Origin: Candidatus Oxydemutator sp.
Lineage (GTDB): Bacteria; Pseudomonadota; Gammaproteobacteria; Poriferisulfidales; Oxydemutatoraceae
Assembly: GCA_965203445.1 (NCBI GenBank)
Contig: OZ241883.1
Location: 288,001-352,000 of the forward strand
Direction of reading: 5' to 3'
Length of the DNA: 64,000 nucleotides
Shown here: piece after piece, positions 49,211 through 58,137 of the stretch
Layout of the letters: each line of letters begins with the position of its first letter
Numbering within the stretch: position 1 is the first letter of the stretch
Program-made: the position numbers and the translations under genes
Notes under the pieces: model-generated
Database searches by the model: none
What the model was told of the DNA's origin: nothing
Seen by the model: only the letters and a program-made list of their open reading frames with translations

Positions 49211-50545
49211 TCAGCCGCCGACGATGACGACGCTGAAATCGCCGCCAATGCGGCGCCGGAAAACATCGGCAATATCGCGCGCCTCGGTGCGCTCGACGTT
49301 TTCTACGAAGGTGTCGAGATAGTCGAGACCGAGACCGAAGAAAGCCATGCGGCTGACCCAGTGGACGATCTGGCCGTTGTCGCTGATACTCAGCGGGAAA
49401 CCGCCGCGCACGTTGTCCTTCGCCAGCGCCAACTCCTCGGCGCTGGGGCCCGTGCGCACAAAGTCGTCAATGACCTTGCGCGTCAACGCAAGGGCGTCAT
49501 CCACCTGATCGCCGCGCGTCTGAAAACCGGCCATGAAAACGCCGCCCGCGAGATGCCGCGAGAGGCCGCTCCAGATGCTGTAGGCGTAGCCGCCCGCAAC
49601 GCGCACCTCTTCGACCAGACGCGATCCGAAACCGCCGCCGCCGAGGATATGGTTGCCGAGATAGAGCGGAAAGAAATCCGCGTCGCCATAGCCGATGCCG
49701 GGCCGTCCGATATAGACGTGGGCCTGCTCCGAGTCGAACGCGATCCGGCGCTCGCGCGGCGCGTTACGGGCGGGCAACGGCGGCAGCGGCGGCGGGCGCG
49801 CGCCTTCGGGCAGCGCCTGCGAGATGCGCGCGGCCAGGTCTTCGGCGCGCGCGCGCGCGACGTCCCCGACTATCGTAATGCCTAAGTTGCGCGCCACCAT
49901 GTGACGGCGGTAGAAAGCGCGCGCGTGCCCGAGCTTGATCGCAACAACGGTGTCGCGCTCGCCGCCGGTCGGGTGCGCGTACGGATGGTCGCCGTAAATC
50001 TCGCGCGCGAAGGCGATGCCGGCGAGCGTGCCCGGGTCCTGCCTGCGCTTGTCTATGCCGGTCAACACCTGCTTGCGCAGCCGCTCGAATTCGGAGCGCG
50101 GAAAATCCGGGCGCGACAGCACCGTCAGGAAAGTATCGAAAGCCGGCTCGAAGTACGCGCGCGCGACCAGCGTGCGCAACGACAGACCGGTCATGTCGCG
50201 GTCGGCCCACGCCGAGTATTGCGCGCCGACGTTGTCGAAGCGCTCGACGATGGTATCGAAGTCGAGGCCGCCGGCGCCGCGGCCCAGCATCTGCGCGGCC
50301 AGGCGCGCCAAGCCGTGCGCGGCGCCGTCGCGCGCGCTGCCGGCGTCGAACGTGAGGCGAATATCCACCATCGGCAGCTGCGGCCGATGCACGTAATAGA
50401 CGCCCGCACCCCGCGCGGTCGTCCAGTGCTCGATCTCGACCGCACCGGCCGCCGGCGCCGGCGGCACGAGCGTCGCCCAAACCGCCCAAACCGCCAAGCG
50501 CGGCAGGCGCACCGAGCGCGGCAGGCGCGTCGGCGGACGTTTCAC
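49211..50545 (-). CDS. M16 family peptidase, non-catalytic subunit
   Basis: FDAGSARD, NHILGGGGFGSRL..EVR...GYAYS; no HxxEH motif. Confidence 0.88.
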   Translation of the reverse strand: MKRPPTRLPRSVRLPRLAVWAVWATLVPPAPAAGAVEIEHWTTARGAGVYYVHRPQLPMVDIRLTFDAGSARDGAAHGLARLAAQMLGRGAGGLDFDTIVERFDNVGAQYSAWADRDMTGLSLRTLVARAYFEPAFDTFLTVLSRPDFPRSEFERLRKQVLTGIDKRRQDPGTLAGIAFAREIYGDHPYAHPTGGERDTVVAIKLGHARAFYRRHMVARNLGITIVGDVARARAEDLAARISQALPEGARPPPLPPLPARNAPRERRIAFDSEQAHVYIGRPGIGYGDADFFPLYLGNHILGGGGFGSRLVEEVRVAGGYAYSIWSGLSRHLAGGVFMAGFQTRGDQVDDALALTRKVIDDFVRTGPSAEELALAKDNVRGGFPLSISDNGQIVHWVSRMAFFGLGLDYLDTFVENVERTEARDIADVFRRRIGGDFSVVIVGG

Positions 50546-51924
50546 GGGCGCTCCACGCCCTGCGGTTCCAGCACCGCGACGGTGCGCCGGTCGGGCGACA
50601 GGTAGCGCTTTGCGACCTCGAGCACCTGCTTTGGCGTGACCGCTTCGATGCGTTCGCGGTAGCGGAACAACTCGCGCCAGCCGATGCCGATTGTCTCGAG
50701 GCTGCCGAGCAGATACGCCTGGTGGCTCAGCGAATCGCGCCGGTACACTTCGTGCGCGACCAGCCGCGCCTTGACGGCGACGAGTTCGTCGTCGTGGACG
50801 GGTTCATCGCGCAGCGCGGCGATCTCGCGCGCAAGCGCCTGCTCCAGAGTATCCATCGCGACGCCTTTGACCGGCGCCGCGCTGACGGTGAACAGATCGT
50901 CGTAGCGGGTGTACGGGTTGTAGCCGGTGCCCGCGTGCTGGGCTATCGCCTCGCCGCGCACCAGGCGTTTGGCGAAGCGCGAAGTGCCGCCGCCGCCAAG
51001 CACCGCCGACAGCACCGACAGCGCGTACGGGTGCCACTCGACCGGAGTCCGGCCGACGCGCGGCACGCGATAGCCCATCGCCAGGTAGGGCTGCACCGCG
51101 CGCGCCGCGACCGTAACGCGCCGCTCGCCGCGCTGCGGCGGTTCGTTTCTCGACTTGCGCGCCGGCAGCGCGCGCGCCGCTATCGGCCCGAAATAGCGTT
51201 GCGCCAATTCGCGCACCCGCACCGGATCAACGTCGCCCGCGACGACGTATACGGCGTTATTCGGCGCGTACCAGCGCGCGTACCAATCCCGCAAATCGGC
51301 AAGCGACAACTGCTCGACGTCCTTCATCCAGCCGACGATCGGGTTGCGGTACGGCGCGTTGTTGAACGCCGTCGCGTAGAGTTGCTCGCCCACCAGCGCC
51401 TCGGGGCGGTCGTCCACGCGCCAGCGCCGCTCCTCTTTGACGACCTCGCGCTCCTTTTCCAGATCCTCCTCGCGCAGAATCAGATTGACCATGCGGTCGG
51501 ACTCGAGCTCGAAACTGACCGGCAGCCGCGCCTTCTCGAAGTGCTGGTAATACGCGGTGTAGTCAGAACCGGTGAAGGCGTTGTCGCGCCCGCCGTAGCG
51601 CTTGATCGTACGCGTGAACTCCGTGCGCGGATATTTCTCGGTGCCCTTGAACATCATGTGTTCGAGCAGATGCGAGATACCGGTGACGCCGCCGTATTCG
51701 TCGCCGCCGCCGACGCGATACCAGATCTGCGCGACGACTATCGGGGCGCGGCGGTCCTGCTGCACCAACACCTTCATGCCGTTGTCGAGCGTGAACTCGG
51801 TCACGCCGTGCTCGGGCGCGGGCAACACCGCGCCGTCGTGCGCCGGCGGCTGCGCGCAGCCCGCCGCCAGCGCGACGACGAACGTCGCAAGCCCTCGCCC
51901 AAAAACGTTTCGCGGCGGCATCAT
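50542..51924 (-). CDS. M16 family zinc peptidase, catalytic subunit (possible lipoprotein)
   Basis: GISHLLEHMMFKGT (HxxEH), NAFT..DYTAY; LAAGC lipobox-like. Confidence 0.92.
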   Translation of the reverse strand: MMPPRNVFGRGLATFVVALAAGCAQPPAHDGAVLPAPEHGVTEFTLDNGMKVLVQQDRRAPIVVAQIWYRVGGGDEYGGVTGISHLLEHMMFKGTEKYPRTEFTRTIKRYGGRDNAFTGSDYTAYYQHFEKARLPVSFELESDRMVNLILREEDLEKEREVVKEERRWRVDDRPEALVGEQLYATAFNNAPYRNPIVGWMKDVEQLSLADLRDWYARWYAPNNAVYVVAGDVDPVRVRELAQRYFGPIAARALPARKSRNEPPQRGERRVTVAARAVQPYLAMGYRVPRVGRTPVEWHPYALSVLSAVLGGGGTSRFAKRLVRGEAIAQHAGTGYNPYTRYDDLFTVSAAPVKGVAMDTLEQALAREIAALRDEPVHDDELVAVKARLVAHEVYRRDSLSHQAYLLGSLETIGIGWRELFRYRERIEAVTPKQVLEVAKRYLSPDRRTVAVLEPQGVERP

Positions 51925-52007
51925 GGCGAGGGATTATATACGCAAGGAATCACAAGGGGCGCGGGAACGACGGGGTGGGCAGGGACGGGCGAGTCTATAA
52001 TCCGTCC

Positions 52008-52943
52008 ATGTTGTTTGGGCAACTGAAGCAACGCTTCGCCAAAACCAGCACGCGCCTGACCGGCGAACTCGCGGCGCTGTTTCGGCGCGGCGACGACGCG
52101 CGTTTCTACGACGAGCTGGAGACGCGGCTGCTTGCCGCCGACGTCGGCGCCGCCGCGAGTCTCGCGCTGATGGACAAGCTGAAGGGCCGTGCAAAACGGG
52201 GCGGCGCCGACGACCTCGACGCATTGCTCGCGATGCTGCGCGACGAGATCGCCGCGATCCTGAAACCGTGCGAGACGGCGAACGGCGAAATGCCCGCGCC
52301 GCGGCCCGACGGCGCGCCTTTTGTCATCATGGCCGTCGGCGTCAACGGCGTCGGCAAGACGACGACCTTGGGCAAGCTGGGACACCGATACAAAACGCGG
52401 GGATGGTCGGTTACGTTCGCCGCCGGCGACACGTTCCGCGCCGCGGCCATCGAGCAGTTGCAGGAGTGGGGGCGACGCTGCGGCGCCTCGGTCGTGGCGC
52501 AACGCCCGGGCGCGGACGGCGCCGCGGTGTTGTTCGACGCGATGGCGTCGGCGCGCGCAAAAGGCGCCGACGTGCTGCTCGCCGACACCGCCGGGCGGCT
52601 GCATACCGACCGCAACCTGATGCAGGAATTGCAAAAGGCGAAACGCGCCGTCGCGCGGCACGACGAGAGCGCGCCGCACGAGACGCTGTTGGTGGTGGAC
52701 GGCGGCGCCGGCCAGAACGTGCTCGCGCAAGCGAGAGCCTTCCACGACGCGCTCGGCATAACCGGGCTCGCTGTGACCAAGCTCGACGGCACCGCGAAAG
52801 GCGGCGTGCTGGTGGCGATGGCCGCCGAACTCGCGCTGCCGATCCGCTTTATCGGCGTCGGCGAAGCGCCCGCGGATCTGCGGCCGTTTCGCGCGCGCGA
52901 ATACGCCGGCGCCCTGCTCGGCATAGACGACGAGGCGCCGTGA
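52008..52943 (+). CDS. ftsY: Signal recognition particle receptor FtsY (NG domain only)
   Basis: GVNGVGKTTT, DTFRAAA, DTAGRLH, TKLDGTAKGG. Confidence 0.96.
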   Translation: MLFGQLKQRFAKTSTRLTGELAALFRRGDDARFYDELETRLLAADVGAAASLALMDKLKGRAKRGGADDLDALLAMLRDEIAAILKPCETANGEMPAPRPDGAPFVIMAVGVNGVGKTTTLGKLGHRYKTRGWSVTFAAGDTFRAAAIEQLQEWGRRCGASVVAQRPGADGAAVLFDAMASARAKGADVLLADTAGRLHTDRNLMQELQKAKRAVARHDESAPHETLLVVDGGAGQNVLAQARAFHDALGITGLAVTKLDGTAKGGVLVAMAAELALPIRFIGVGEAPADLRPFRAREYAGALLGIDDEAP

Positions 52944-53012
52944 TCGCGCGGCACGGGCAAGAACCGCGGCCACACCGCCGCCGTTTTTCGGCGCGGCTAT
53001 AATACACGCGCG

Positions 53013-53561
53013 ATGTTGCCCACCACGTTCAAATCTCACCAAAAATGGGGCGTGCCGACCGCCGTGGCCACTGCCGCAACGTTGGCCATGGCGACGTGCG
53101 CGGCGGCGCCCGGCGCGTCTCCGGCCGCAACCACGCCGCCGCTGCGGGCGGACACCGTCTGGATACAGAAGAACGAACGCAAACTGCATCTGATAAGCAA
53201 CCGCAAAATCCTGCGCACCTTTCCGATCAGCCTCGGCCGGAATCCGCGCGGACACAAACGGCGCGAGGGCGATTCACGCACGCCCGAAGGGTTGTACACC
53301 ATCGCCAGGCGCAAGCACGTCAGCGCATACTACCGCGCGCTCGAAATCTCCTATCCCAGCGAAATAGACCTGCGTCTGGCGGCGGCAAGAGGCGTCCCAC
53401 CCGGCGGCCAAATCATGATACACGGCGAGCCGGACGACCCGCTGAAAAAAATCGCGCTGAAAAAAGACTGGACGCAGGGCTGCATCGCGCTCGCAAACCG
53501 GCATATGCGCATCGTGTGGGAAGCGACGCCGGCCGGCGCGCGCGTCGTGATCGAACCTTGA
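53013..53561 (+). CDS. L,D-transpeptidase (YkuD) family protein
   Basis: HKRREGDSRTPEGLY, ISYP, GGQIMIHG...DWTQGCIA. Confidence 0.9.
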   Translation: MLPTTFKSHQKWGVPTAVATAATLAMATCAAAPGASPAATTPPLRADTVWIQKNERKLHLISNRKILRTFPISLGRNPRGHKRREGDSRTPEGLYTIARRKHVSAYYRALEISYPSEIDLRLAAARGVPPGGQIMIHGEPDDPLKKIALKKDWTQGCIALANRHMRIVWEATPAGARVVIEP

Positions 53562-53635
53562 CGTGATGCATCCGGGACGATGAAGACGCCGCGCCGGGAA
53601 CCGTCGCGCGCATAGCGCGGCGCGCCACGACGACG

Positions 53636-54004
53636 ATGTCGCCGAAGGAATGGCCCTGGAACAAGGCGGGCGCCTGGCTGACGCGGCCGATGGCCGCCGA
53701 CGTGCCGTCACCGAACGACTTTGACTGCGTCCTGGACGGCATCCGCCCGGCCGACGTGCCGTTGATCGAGGGGCGCACGCGCATCGGCGAGATCATCAAG
53801 TGCCCGCTGCCGCGCGACGACGGCACCGGCTTTTGCCACGCGCTGCCGTGGCAGGACGACGACGCGCACGAACCGTCCCGGCGCTATCTCGACGACCCCG
53901 ACGCATTGCGCATAGCAAAACCGCGCGAACCGGAAACGAACGCAGGCACGAGTGGCGGCGCGACGCGGACGCGACAAACGGGCGACGGCGCCGGCGCGAC
54001 GTGA
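53636..54004 (+). CDS. Hypothetical protein or gene remnant
   Basis: Protein-like composition; stop overlaps the fadE start (GTGA). No family recognised. Confidence 0.4.
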   Translation: MSPKEWPWNKAGAWLTRPMAADVPSPNDFDCVLDGIRPADVPLIEGRTRIGEIIKCPLPRDDGTGFCHALPWQDDDAHEPSRRYLDDPDALRIAKPREPETNAGTSGGATRTRQTGDGAGAT

Positions 54005-56466
54005 TCATCGAGACCGCGGTGCAACTGGCGTGGCTGGCGGCGCTCGTGCTGGCGACGACGACGGTATTCTGCTTCCGTCAGCCGCGCTTGGCGCGCATCG
54101 CAAGCATAGGCGCGCTGCTGCTCGCGTACAGCGTGCTGTCGCCGGCGCCGGTCTGGTTGCAAGCCGTCTTGTGGGTGGCGTTCGCGGCCGCGGCCGTCGT
54201 CATCGGCCACACCGGGCTGCGCCGTGAATTACTGAGCCGTATGCTGCTGCGCCTTTTCCGCAAGGCGCTGCCGGAAACGTCGGCGAGCGAACGCGACGCG
54301 ATTGCCGCGGGCAGCGTGTCGTGGGAAGGAGAGTTGTTCACCGGCAATCCCGACTGGACGAAACTGATGGGGCAGGAAGCGGCCGCGCTGTCCACCGAGG
54401 AGGCCGCCTTCCTCGACGGCCCGGTGCACGAGCTGTGCGAAATGCTCGACGACTGGCGCATCACGGACACCGAGCGCGACCTGCCACGGGCGGCCTGGGA
54501 GTTCATCCGCGAGCACAAATTCTTCGGCGTCATTATTCCGAAAGAGCACGGCGGTCTCGGCTTTTCGGCCTACGCCCACTCGTGCATCGTGATGAAGATC
54601 GCAAGCCGTTCGGTGGCGGCGGCGGTTACGGTGATGGTGCCGAACTCACTCGGGCCCGGCAAACTGCTGCTCGAATACGGCACCGAAAAACAGCAACAAC
54701 GCTATCTGCCGCGCTTGGCCGACGGCCGTGAAATACCGTGCTTCGCGCTGACCGGGCCGCAGGCCGGCTCGGACGCAAGCCGCATACCCGACACGGGCGT
54801 CGTCTGCCGCGACACGTTCGAGGGCCAGGAAGTAACCGGCATCCGCCTGAATTGGGACAAGCGCTACATCACGCTCGCGCCGGTCGCAACGTTGCTGGGT
54901 CTTGCCTTTCGCCTGCAAGATCCGAAACGCCTGCTGGGCGGCGACGAAGACGTGGGAATCACGCTGGCGCTGATTCCGACCGCCACCGCGGGCGTCGAAA
55001 TCGGCGCCCGCCACCTGCCGCTCAACGTCGCGTTCATGAACGGACCGACGCGCGGACGCGACGTGTTCATCCCGCTCGACTGGATCATCGGCGGCGCCGA
55101 ACAAGCCGGCAACGGCTGGCGCATGTTGATGGAATGTCTGGCCGACGGGCGCGCGATCTCCCTGCCGGCGCTGGCCACGGCCGCGTGCAAGACCGCCTGC
55201 TGCGCGACCGGCGCCTACGCGCGCATACGCAACCAGTTCCGGCTGCCGATCGGCGAATTCGAGGGCGTCGCCGAGGCCGTGGCGCGCATCGCCGGCAACG
55301 CCTACCTGGCCGACGCCGCGCGCAGCGTCATCGCCGAGGCGCTGCAACGAGGACACAAGCCGGCGGTCGCCTCGGCCATCGTCAAATACCATCTGACCGA
55401 AAGGATGCGGCGCACGGTCAACGACGCGATGGACGTGCACGGCGGTTGTGGCATCTGCGTCGGCCCGCGCAACCACGTGGCGCGCCTTTACCAGGCGGCG
55501 CCGATCGCGATCACCGTCGAGGGCGCCAACATTGTGACGCGCAGCATGATCATATTCGGCCAGGGCGCGATCCGCTGCCACCCGTGGTTGCGCAAGGAGA
55601 TGGAGGCGGCGGCGAGCGGCGACGACGACGCGCTCGAACGCTTCGACGAAGCATTCTGGGACCACCTGTCGCAGACGGCGACCAACGCCGGGCGCTGCCT
55701 GGTATGGGGGATACTCGGACGCTGGCCGATTCGCGTTCCGTCGGGCCTGCACCCGGCGCGCCACTTCCGCGCGCTGACGCGGATGGCGGCGCTGTTCTCG
55801 CTGGCCGGCGACCTCTCGCTGTTTCGCCTGAACCACTCGCTGAAGCGGCGCGAGCATCTGTCGGCGCGCCTGGGCGACATGCTGAGCCACCTGTACCTGG
55901 CGTCGGCGGCGCTCAAGCATTTCGACAACCGCGACCGGCCCTACCACGAACGGCCGCTGCTCGACTGGACGATGCACGAGTGCACGCGCTGCTTTCACCG
56001 CGCGTTGCAGGATCTGATCGACAATTTCCCGTGCCGCTGGAGCGCGCTGAAACTGCGGCTGCTGGCGTATCCGCTAGGACGGCGCTCGTTGTCCGGCAAC
56101 GACAAGCTCGACGACGAGGTCGCGCGCCTCGCGTGCGAACCGCTGCCGGCGCGCGACGCGCTGCTCGAGGGCATCTTCCTGCCGGCGGACGCGGGCGACC
56201 CGCTGGCGGCGATCAACGACGCGCTGAACAAGGTCGTCGCCGCCGAGATACCGGAAAAGAAATTGCGCGCAGCGCAGCGTGACGGCGAACTGCCGGACGA
56301 GATCGCGGTTGATCTGCAACGGGCGGTGACCAGAAACATCATCACCGCCGAAGAGGCCGAAACCGTGCGCCGGGCGCGCGTCGCGCGCGACGCGGTCGTG
56401 CAGGTGGACGAATTCGCGCCCGATTTGTCACAGACCCGTGCCCGCTCCGCCGCGCCTTTTGCATAG
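54001..56466 (+). CDS. fadE: Acyl-CoA dehydrogenase FadE
   Basis: N-terminal TM helices; VMVPNSLGPG, PCFALT.P.AGSDA, WDKRYITLAP, ITVEGANI; long C-terminal extension. Confidence 0.94.
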   Translation: MIIETAVQLAWLAALVLATTTVFCFRQPRLARIASIGALLLAYSVLSPAPVWLQAVLWVAFAAAAVVIGHTGLRRELLSRMLLRLFRKALPETSASERDAIAAGSVSWEGELFTGNPDWTKLMGQEAAALSTEEAAFLDGPVHELCEMLDDWRITDTERDLPRAAWEFIREHKFFGVIIPKEHGGLGFSAYAHSCIVMKIASRSVAAAVTVMVPNSLGPGKLLLEYGTEKQQQRYLPRLADGREIPCFALTGPQAGSDASRIPDTGVVCRDTFEGQEVTGIRLNWDKRYITLAPVATLLGLAFRLQDPKRLLGGDEDVGITLALIPTATAGVEIGARHLPLNVAFMNGPTRGRDVFIPLDWIIGGAEQAGNGWRMLMECLADGRAISLPALATAACKTACCATGAYARIRNQFRLPIGEFEGVAEAVARIAGNAYLADAARSVIAEALQRGHKPAVASAIVKYHLTERMRRTVNDAMDVHGGCGICVGPRNHVARLYQAAPIAITVEGANIVTRSMIIFGQGAIRCHPWLRKEMEAAASGDDDALERFDEAFWDHLSQTATNAGRCLVWGILGRWPIRVPSGLHPARHFRALTRMAALFSLAGDLSLFRLNHSLKRREHLSARLGDMLSHLYLASAALKHFDNRDRPYHERPLLDWTMHECTRCFHRALQDLIDNFPCRWSALKLRLLAYPLGRRSLSGNDKLDDEVARLACEPLPARDALLEGIFLPADAGDPLAAINDALNKVVAAEIPEKKLRAAQRDGELPDEIAVDLQRAVTRNIITAEEAETVRRARVARDAVVQVDEFAPDLSQTRARSAAPFA

Positions 56467-57118
56467 TTTCGTCGCCGTCACCGCCGTCGTCGCCGGCATC
56501 GTGTGGGTCGCGGCCGCGGCCGCGGGCGACGACGGCGCGCTTCCCGATTACTTTACGGTGCGCCCCCTGTTCTGGTCGCAACTATACGCCGACGGCGGCG
56601 AGACGCTGTATTGCGGCGTGCCGATTACCCGCCGCAAGTCGCCGAGACTGAACGTCGAGCACGTATTCCCGATGTCGTGGGTGGCACGCGCCGTCGGTTG
56701 CGGCAGACGCCGGGCGTGCCGCAAGCACAGCGCGCGCTTCAATCGCATCGAGGCCGACCTGCACAATCTTTATCCGGCGCGCGCCGACGTCAACCAGGAA
56801 CGCGGCAGCATGGCGTTCGGCATCGTGCGCGGGGAACGGCGGCGCTACGGCAAGTGCGACTTTGAGGTTCACCACGGCGCGCGCGTCGTCGAACCGCGTC
56901 CCGAGGCGCGCGGCAAGATCGCGCGCGCGATGTTCTACGTGGCGAACCGCTACCATTTGCAAATCTTCCCCCGCCAACGGCGCCTGCTGCGACGGTGGAA
57001 CCGCGCGCACCCGCCCGACGCCGAGGAAAGGCGGCGCAACGACGCAATCGAACGCATGCAAGGCAACCGCAACCCCTATATAGACGATCCCGCGCTCGCC
57101 GACGCGCCGAGGCGATAG
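56438..57118 (+). CDS. Endonuclease I (EndA-like) exported DNase
   Basis: Signal peptide; TLYCG, NVEHVFP, ADLHNLYPA..VN..R, RGKIARAMFY, QGNRNPYI. Confidence 0.88.
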   Translation: MPAPPRLLHSFVAVTAVVAGIVWVAAAAAGDDGALPDYFTVRPLFWSQLYADGGETLYCGVPITRRKSPRLNVEHVFPMSWVARAVGCGRRRACRKHSARFNRIEADLHNLYPARADVNQERGSMAFGIVRGERRRYGKCDFEVHHGARVVEPRPEARGKIARAMFYVANRYHLQIFPRQRRLLRRWNRAHPPDAEERRRNDAIERMQGNRNPYIDDPALADAPRR

Positions 57119-57235
57119 CCCGTGCAGCCGTGCACGTGTTCATCAATTTCTCCGTCCCCCGGTTCCGTCCAGGGGGCGCGGGAAGAACGGAAGAGAACGT
57201 GGGCAGGACGAGGGGGGGCAGATTGCAGTACCTTG

Positions 57236-57670
57236 CTATGGGCAAATTTCCCGCGGCTTCAAGGGCTCAAGCCCAAGCTGCTTCCTGACGGTATTGTGTC
57301 TATATTCCAAAATCACACATCTTTCAAGATGCTCGATCCGTTTCTCGATCTGTGCCTCCTTTCTGCTTCCTATCCCTATCTGTGTCCCAGAATAGATAGA
57401 AAGGAAGAATACAGCCATCGCAACGTTCAATATAATGCCTAAGCCATGGGCCTCCAACTGCGAGAATTTGTAAAACAGCACCATTCCCGCGCCTGACAAA
57501 AGCACCGGAATCGCTGCCGCAAGAACCGCTGCATCACCGCCGCTTTCCCCTATAAGCCACCCGACGACCAACCCAACAATCATAGCCGCCAGCAAGGTTG
57601 TGGCATGGTGGAACAGCCGCTTCATGACATGAGACCATCTTCGGCCGTCTATCGGCCGACCTTCTATCAT
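57236..57670 (-). CDS. Hypothetical membrane protein (~3 TM), low GC
   Basis: Three hydrophobic stretches; TAATG coupling to the upstream ORF. Confidence 0.6.
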   Translation of the reverse strand: MIEGRPIDGRRWSHVMKRLFHHATTLLAAMIVGLVVGWLIGESGGDAAVLAAAIPVLLSGAGMVLFYKFSQLEAHGLGIILNVAMAVFFLSIYSGTQIGIGSRKEAQIEKRIEHLERCVILEYRHNTVRKQLGLEPLKPREICP

Positions 57671-57984
57671 TAGACGTTAATTTTCTTCCCAGTATCGGAA
57701 AGCCAGATTCCTCCCCGCGGCGGCCATCGAAAAATGTTTGTCCATATATCGGAATCATCCGATTCCGCCTCTTCCAAACCTTGCAGATAAGATCTCAACG
57801 GATCCTCTTTGTCTAATTTTTTCCGGCATTTATTCCATGATTCCCCTTTCAATACGCACTTTTGGAAATCCTTTCTATCGTATTCCGATGCGGCATCCGG
57901 CGATGGATCACCGGCGCTTGCCAAGCCGCCGAATCCGAACGCAGCTGCCGACGCCAAGCAGAAAACATACAGTAATTTTTTCAT
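57670..57984 (-). CDS. Small hypothetical secreted protein, low GC
   Basis: GGAGG RBS; signal peptide MKKLLYVFCLASAAAFGFGGLASA; C-x8-C pair in the mature region. Confidence 0.65.
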   Translation of the reverse strand: MKKLLYVFCLASAAAFGFGGLASAGDPSPDAASEYDRKDFQKCVLKGESWNKCRKKLDKEDPLRSYLQGLEEAESDDSDIWTNIFRWPPRGGIWLSDTGKKINV

Positions 57985-58137
57985 GGCGATACCTCCTGCC
58001 GATAGTTGCAACAAGTGTATTGTGCAGGAAAAGCAATGATAGCACACGAAGCCGCTGGACGGCTGCGGTTCTCCGCCCGTCAATCCCGTCCGCGCCAAGC
58101 GCTTTCACGGCAACAACGGCGGGAGTAATATAGGTGC

